A stretch of DNA of 63,948 nucleotides, the filler included, from Globobulimina sp. (taxonomy: Eukaryota): assembly GCA_003354225.1 (NCBI GenBank). It is 36 parts of 36 records of this genome, joined end to end, with 100 filler letters (N's around TTAATTAATTAA, not from the genome) between each part and the next. Parts side by side here need not be neighbours in the genome. Positions count along the whole stretch, not along the records: positions 58,716 to 60,393 come from PIVH01013239.1; positions 60,494 to 62,171 come from PIVH01013240.1; positions 62,272 to 63,948 come from PIVH01013241.1; 33 more parts are not named here. The stretch is one strand, 5' to 3'. The notes under the pieces are model-generated. The model was not told the origin of the DNA and did no database searches. It saw nothing but the letters and a program-made list of their open reading frames with translations. The position numbers were made by a program, and so were the translations under genes. Position 1 is the first letter of the stretch. Every line of letters starts with the position of its first letter. Of the stretch, positions 59,096-63,948 are shown one piece after another.

Positions 59096-59277
59096 GGGAA
59101 TGTTATAGTATTACGTAATTAGAATTGATACCTAGGACCTAGGTGTCATTAATTGTAATAAATTGTAATAACCCGTTTTTGCAAACTAGTCACTCAGATA
59201 TCAATTGTAATAAATTGTAATTGATGACACCTAGGTCCTAGGTATCAATTCTAATTACGTAATACTAGAACATTCCC
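59096..59277. mobile_element. 182-bp Tourist-like (PIF/Harbinger) MITE with ~54-bp TIRs and a TTA TSD
   Basis: TIR GGGAATGTT(A/C)TAGTATTACGTAATTAGAATTGATACCTAGGACCTAGGTGTCAT with 1 mismatch. TTA at 59093-59095 and 59278-59280. Confidence 0.9.
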
Positions 59278-59921
59278 TTAGGCCTCTCCGATAATGCTGC
59301 AAATTTCTAAAAACTTTTCGAACTAACTTATTTTTTGCATTCAGTTTGAAAAGTCACACCTTGTGACAAATGGATTATAAATGGATGGGAATGGTTTCAT
59401 TGAAGATTGAATTTGGAAAGGAAAAGAGGAAGAATTAAATTGGTGGTGATGAACCACAAAGAAAAGGATGAAATTAGATGACAGATTTGGTGGCAGCCCA
59501 AACACAAAACAAAAAATGCTATTTAAAATGAAAAATTGTGGCAATCCACAGCCACAACAACAACAACACCAAAAAAAGTAAAAGAAAAAATGATTTGGTG
59601 GCAATCCACAGCCACAAGAAAACAAACGAGATTTTAATATAATGAGAGAGATATTTCATTTGTGGCAATCAATAGCTACAAAAACAGCACGCATATATTG
59701 ATTTAGTGGTAAGCAATTGGTATAAATGTGAAAATTTAACCGCTTCATTGCAACAATCCGACAAAATGCAATTATTAAAAAAAGAGGAAATTAAGCAATA
59801 CGACAATAATCAACACGACATTGTCGTTATTGAATTGGAGGAAATCTAACAAGAAATGACGTACTTCAAAATGTAATTTTTTTATATATATAATAAATAA
59901 TAATATCAAAAAATACAATTA

Positions 59922-60392
59922 TCAATCAAATCGATTGTCAAAGCCCACAATACATGCAGCGTTAACATGCAAAGACTTTCTTGTATACCAGCAAGGATCA
60001 CCAACTTGCTGATGGATCCAAGGTCCAGCTGGCGACGTTATGCCTAAATCCATAATTCTCCCTTTTTTACCACCCAACCATGTTCTCGCTGCCCTCACTG
60101 TACAAACTTTTGAACCATCACACAACGCACCACTTGCCTGACTTACGTCAACATAAAGTTTCTGACCAGTCCATCCGTCATGTTCACAACCGTACCAACT
60201 GCCAGGTTGAACGTTGATCACTTTGCCATCTCCACATTCTATTTCCAAGTATTTGTACTCTTCCGCTGTCCAAGTTCGTGTCACCACAGCATACTCAGGT
60301 CTCCACCATGAAGGGAGGTAACGTCTCCACCATTTATTTTCTGATTGTACATTTTTTGAAATTAAAATCAAAATGATGATGCTACGAATGCT
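59922..60392 (-). CDS. SUEL-type (galactose/rhamnose-binding) lectin, secreted, 5' partial
   Basis: LEIECGDGKVINV..WYG..CDGSKVCTVRA..GDPC..TRKSLHVNAAC pattern, with a hydrophobic N-terminal stretch. Confidence 0.8.
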   Translation of the reverse strand, partial: SIRSIIILILISKNVQSENKWWRRYLPSWWRPEYAVVTRTWTAEEYKYLEIECGDGKVINVQPGSWYGCEHDGWTGQKLYVDVSQASGALCDGSKVCTVRAARTWLGGKKGRIMDLGITSPAGPWIHQQVGDPCWYTRKSLHVNAACIVGFDNRFD

Positions 60393-60493
60393 ANNNNNNN
60401 NNNNNNNNNNNNNNNNNNNNNNNNNNNNNNNNNNNNNTTAATTAATTAANNNNNNNNNNNNNNNNNNNNNNNNNNNNNNNNNNNNNNNNNNNN

Positions 60494-61602
60494 AGAATAA
60501 TCCCTGGCATAATCCCATTCCGGTCATGGGTTATAACGATGCCTGGCCTGTTGCTGGGGATATATTCGAAGCAGAAACGGATTGTAATCATCTTCATAAT
60601 ATGGGGCAAATTGCATCCGATGGGTTCAATAACTTAGCATTTTTCTCGAGGACCCCTGCCATTACTAAACCTTTGGTGCAAAACCCGTCGCCTTATATTA
60701 AATTCAATGCCAGTAAAATATATCTAGCGTTTACCATTGGTGATGGTGATAATTTATCTTATTTGAAAGGAGGGCGTCGTGATTGGTTGAAACAGCGTGT
60801 ACATAACTGCCAACAGTCGAATTTTTCATATGATGGCTGCTTCCCATTGCAATGGTATGTCCATGGTTTCATTCGTCTGTTTTGGTGGTCGTGAATAGTG
60901 GCAACATTTATATTTTGCATATTACAAAGGTCTATTTCACCGCACCCACTGTCCTTAGCACCGCTAATGATGCAATGGTATTACAATGAATCATATAAAA
61001 CTAAAAAGGATTACTTTGTGTTGCCGCCAAGTGGGGATTTATATGCGTATCCATCGGAAATGGATTATGACACTGCACAAGCAAATTTTATTAGTTCTAC
61101 GCAAAACGATTGCAAACTGTTGGGGTGCAATGCAACCGTAGCATGGGAATTTGTGTTTACATGGTTTAAAGCAATAAATGAATATTTCCCTAGATATGGA
61201 CATGGCGCACATGATAATCATTCCATTTATGGCATATTTGCAGTGAATGTGCCATATAACATACCGGTGTATGACTTTTGGTTCAATCATACAACATTGG
61301 AATTGCAATTTTATAAGATTTTAAATGGTGTGGTGTTGTTTAAACCGCGGGAATGGAGAGGCACGAATCATACTTCATGCACAGCCGGCGTTCCTTTGAG
61401 CTTTGAAAATTGTTTGACTGTGAAAGAAATGGCAAAGGAAATTAACCATTATCCAAAAGGGACTGTTACTACAACATATATAACATCTGATGGTGGCGGT
61501 AATTTACAGATGCTTTATGATGTTGTTCCGGAGTTAAATGAATATGTACAGCTTGTATCGCCAACACAACTCATTGACCTTGCGTTGCAAAGAGGAGTCT
61601 AG
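60494..61602 (+). CDS. GxGYxYP-family putative glycoside hydrolase/carbohydrate-active protein; predicted intron 60855-60929; 5' partial
   Basis: YLAFTIGDGDNL, PLQWSISP (after splicing), LAPLMMQWYY and DYFVLPPSGDLYAYP. Confidence 0.75.
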
Positions 61603-61846
61603 ATCTTTTTTCTCATAATTATTATTTGTTCTTATTAACTAGTATTTGTTCTCATTAACTATATTATTACGGATTTCGAATTGAGAATCTTCAAACAAAA
61701 AAAGAAATTTGACATGAAAAATTACAAAAAAATCACAAAAGCAATTACAAATCAAACAAAAAAGACGCAAACAAACGTTTACCAAAAAACGAGAAGAAAA
61801 CACAACAAACACATATACATAATATTAATTATAATTTACATAATAA

Positions 61847-62171
61847 CTATTTAGTTTTACAAATTATTAATTCACGACATTCACGCACTTGTACTAATAA
61901 CTGAACAGAAAAATTACTCTCAACAAACTTACAACGCATTTCATCTGAAAATACACCAAATAACCATCTACCATGATCTTTAATTATTATTCGATTAAAT
62001 GTTTTTGGTAATATTGCTGAATCAATCATTGATAATAAATTATAAATATTAAATGGATAAAACCCAGCATATATTATATTGCTTGTAACAATTATTATTT
62101 CCTTCATATTTGGAAATAATTCAAATAATAATGGTTTAAATAGATTAATATTATTATCATCAATATCTGAA
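61847..62171 (-). CDS. C-terminal fragment of a hypothetical protein
   Basis: Open frame LFPNMKEIII..YPFNIYNLLSMI..RWL from the contig edge. Confidence 0.45.
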
Positions 62172-62272
62172 NNNNNNNNNNNNNNNNNNNNNNNNNNNNN
62201 NNNNNNNNNNNNNNNTTAATTAATTAANNNNNNNNNNNNNNNNNNNNNNNNNNNNNNNNNNNNNNNNNNNNA

Positions 62273-63948
62273 ATAAATGCAACAAAGAGTGTGCATATTA
62301 ATTTTAAAGGTTATAAAAGTGGACAGAATGCTGCTATTAATATAACAAATGTGTTTGAATCATTTGTAGTGCAATGTAATGGCATCGAATCATGCATTGA
62401 ATCAAGCATAAACTGTCCAGAAATTGACCAACATCGGGTTTCCTGTCTGGTATTATGTCGTGGAACATTATCTTGTTTAAATATGAGATATATGGTGCGA
62501 CCCACAACCTATATCACGGGGATAACCTGTCCAAATGCAACGAATTGCTATGTTTCCTGCACAGATCCCAGTCAATGTAGAACAATGTCGTTTTATGGGA
62601 GAAATGCCAATGCGATGGACATAGGGTGTGGAGATAAGGCATCATGCGGTCAAACAAATGTATATGGCCCAACCAATGGCGATTTAACCATAGATTGTGA
62701 CAGCAACAATAATTTGAATGCGGGTTGGAATGACGGAGCCTGTCAATATATGAATGTATATGGCGATGATATTGAAAGCTTTGTATTAAACTGCCATTTT
62801 GATTTTGATTGCGTCTACATTTCATATGAGATTGTTTCCGCAAAGTATGTCAGCATAACATATAAAGGACGACAAAGTGGCTATGGACCGGTGATCAAAG
62901 CTTCAAACTTAACTGGATATTTTCTTGTGATATGTAATGGCAGCGAATCCTACAAAGATTCGGATTTATATTGTCCTTTAAACGGAGCCTATTGTAATGT
63001 GGCATGTATTGGAGAGTCGTCGTGTGCTAAAATGAATTATTATATTCCTTCGAGTCACTATGATAAATTAATTATTTCCTGCTCTGAGTTTGACAAAACA
63101 CATTGTTTTTGGATCAACGATACAATGTTTCCACTGTCATATAATGCACAAATTCATTGTTTGGACGAGTCTGAAAGTTCAGAATTAATTTATAATCCAT
63201 ATAATGAGTTATTATCATGTCATGCCAATTGTTGTCCATTTTTTATCGAAGAAATTGAAGAATGTTTGGATTCCATTATTTGTGCTATTGACTGTTCAGT
63301 GACATTCTGTGACGGCCGAATTATTAATGCAACGAATAAAGCATCGCTGTCAGTTTATTGTGGCGACAATGCCATAAATTCAATGTGTAACGGGATGCAT
63401 ATAATTTGTCCATTGAATGGGAAATGTTTAATTGAATGTGATATTAATGGAGGATGCAAAAAAATAAATATCACACAAAATGCGGATGCGAATAACAGTG
63501 ATTTTGTGGCTGATCTGACAGTTTTATGTCTGCAGGATTTGTCATGTCGTTATATAAATATTACAGCAACAAATACACACTTTGTAACAATCAATTCCTC
63601 TGCGTATAATTCATTACTTTTTGGTGACATTCATGTTGAAAATGCCAATAATTTTAAATTGTTTTGTTATAATTCAACAGCTTCCTGCATTAATAATCGG
63701 TTATTTGTATCTGATAATGCCAATAATTCGGTTGATATGTATTGTTTTGGTGAATCGTGTGGAAACATACATTTTTATGTGTATCATGAATGGAATGCCA
63801 ATATGAATTTGCACATTGTATCCGATTGTCAATGTAGTGGATATTGGAGAGATTGTACGCATTTAATTGGCATTTTTTGTTCTTATAATGCTAAAAATAA
63901 ATATTATACAAAGTTTGAAGAAATCAGTTATGGACAATGTTCCAATTT
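62273..63948 (+). CDS. Internal fragment of a large Cys-rich repeat (CxGxxSC) extracellular protein; open across the contig and absent from the ORF track
   Basis: Manual translation gives repeated VQCNGIESC, LCRGTLSC, GCGDKASC, ACIGESSC, LCLQDLSC and YCFGESC with many NxS/T sequons. Confidence 0.8.
   Translation, partial: MNATKSVHINFKGYKSGQNAAINITNVFESFVVQCNGIESCIESSINCPEIDQHRVSCLVLCRGTLSCLNMRYMVRPTTYITGITCPNATNCYVSCTDPSQCRTMSFYGRNANAMDIGCGDKASCGQTNVYGPTNGDLTIDCDSNNNLNAGWNDGACQYMNVYGDDIESFVLNCHFDFDCVYISYEIVSAKYVSITYKGRQSGYGPVIKASNLTGYFLVICNGSESYKDSDLYCPLNGAYCNVACIGESSCAKMNYYIPSSHYDKLIISCSEFDKTHCFWINDTMFPLSYNAQIHCLDESESSELIYNPYNELLSCHANCCPFFIEEIEECLDSIICAIDCSVTFCDGRIINATNKASLSVYCGDNAINSMCNGMHIICPLNGKCLIECDINGGCKKINITQNADANNSDFVADLTVLCLQDLSCRYINITATNTHFVTINSSAYNSLLFGDIHVENANNFKLFCYNSTASCINNRLFVSDNANNSVDMYCFGESCGNIHFYVYHEWNANMNLHIVSDCQCSGYWRDCTHLIGIFCSYNAKNKYYTKFEEISYGQCSN

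Larger units (their letters stand above)
1682..62271. other. 35 artificial 100-nt contig spacers (N44 + TTAATTAATTAA + N44), first at 1682-1781, last at 62172-62271, separating 36 size-sorted contigs
   Basis: The same spacer recurs every 1778-1781 nt. The inserts shrink monotonically from 1681 to 1677 bp. TTAATTAATTAA gives stops in all six frames. Confidence 0.99.

Noticed and set aside
1682..62271. Regularly spaced TTAATTAATTAA palindromes every ~1780 nt, resembling a repeat array or nanochromosome boundaries
   Set aside because: They are embedded in N runs and identical each time, so they are artificial concatenation linkers. ORFs ending in XXXX..N or LIN are linker artefacts.

Overview
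This window is not one continuous locus. It is 36 short contigs (1681 down to 1677 bp, sorted by length) joined by an artificial 100-nt spacer (N44-TTAATTAATTAA-N44, stops in all six frames), so adjacency across spacers means nothing. Most contigs come from an AT-rich microbial eukaryote with short GT-AG introns (about 51-106 nt). The gene repertoire (divergent 7TM proteins, Cys-rich CxGxxSC repeat proteins, Kelch/PT-stalk and SPRY proteins) suggests a rhizarian, probably a foraminiferan; this is inference. Recognisable host genes include a Sin3-like corepressor, a CDC123-like ATP-grasp protein, a sulfotransferase, a class 3 lipase, a TM-UBX protein, sedolisin/TPP1, a polo-like (PLK4-like) kinase, gelsolin/severin, START, WD40, ALKBH1, an EamA/SLC35G transporter, VPS36, a SUEL lectin and an intron-containing GxGYxYP protein. 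Mobile and viral content is the most interesting part: two contigs of Polinton/Maverick-like DNA viruses (two different DDE integrases, a penton-like minor capsid protein, a pPolB C-terminus), a Ty1/copia gag-protease with a half-tRNA-Met type PBS, and two MITEs with intact target-site duplications. There is also an intronless, very AT-biased secreted SPRY+PAN gene bracketed by two near-identical hairpin elements, which may be a giant-virus-like or cassette-like unit.
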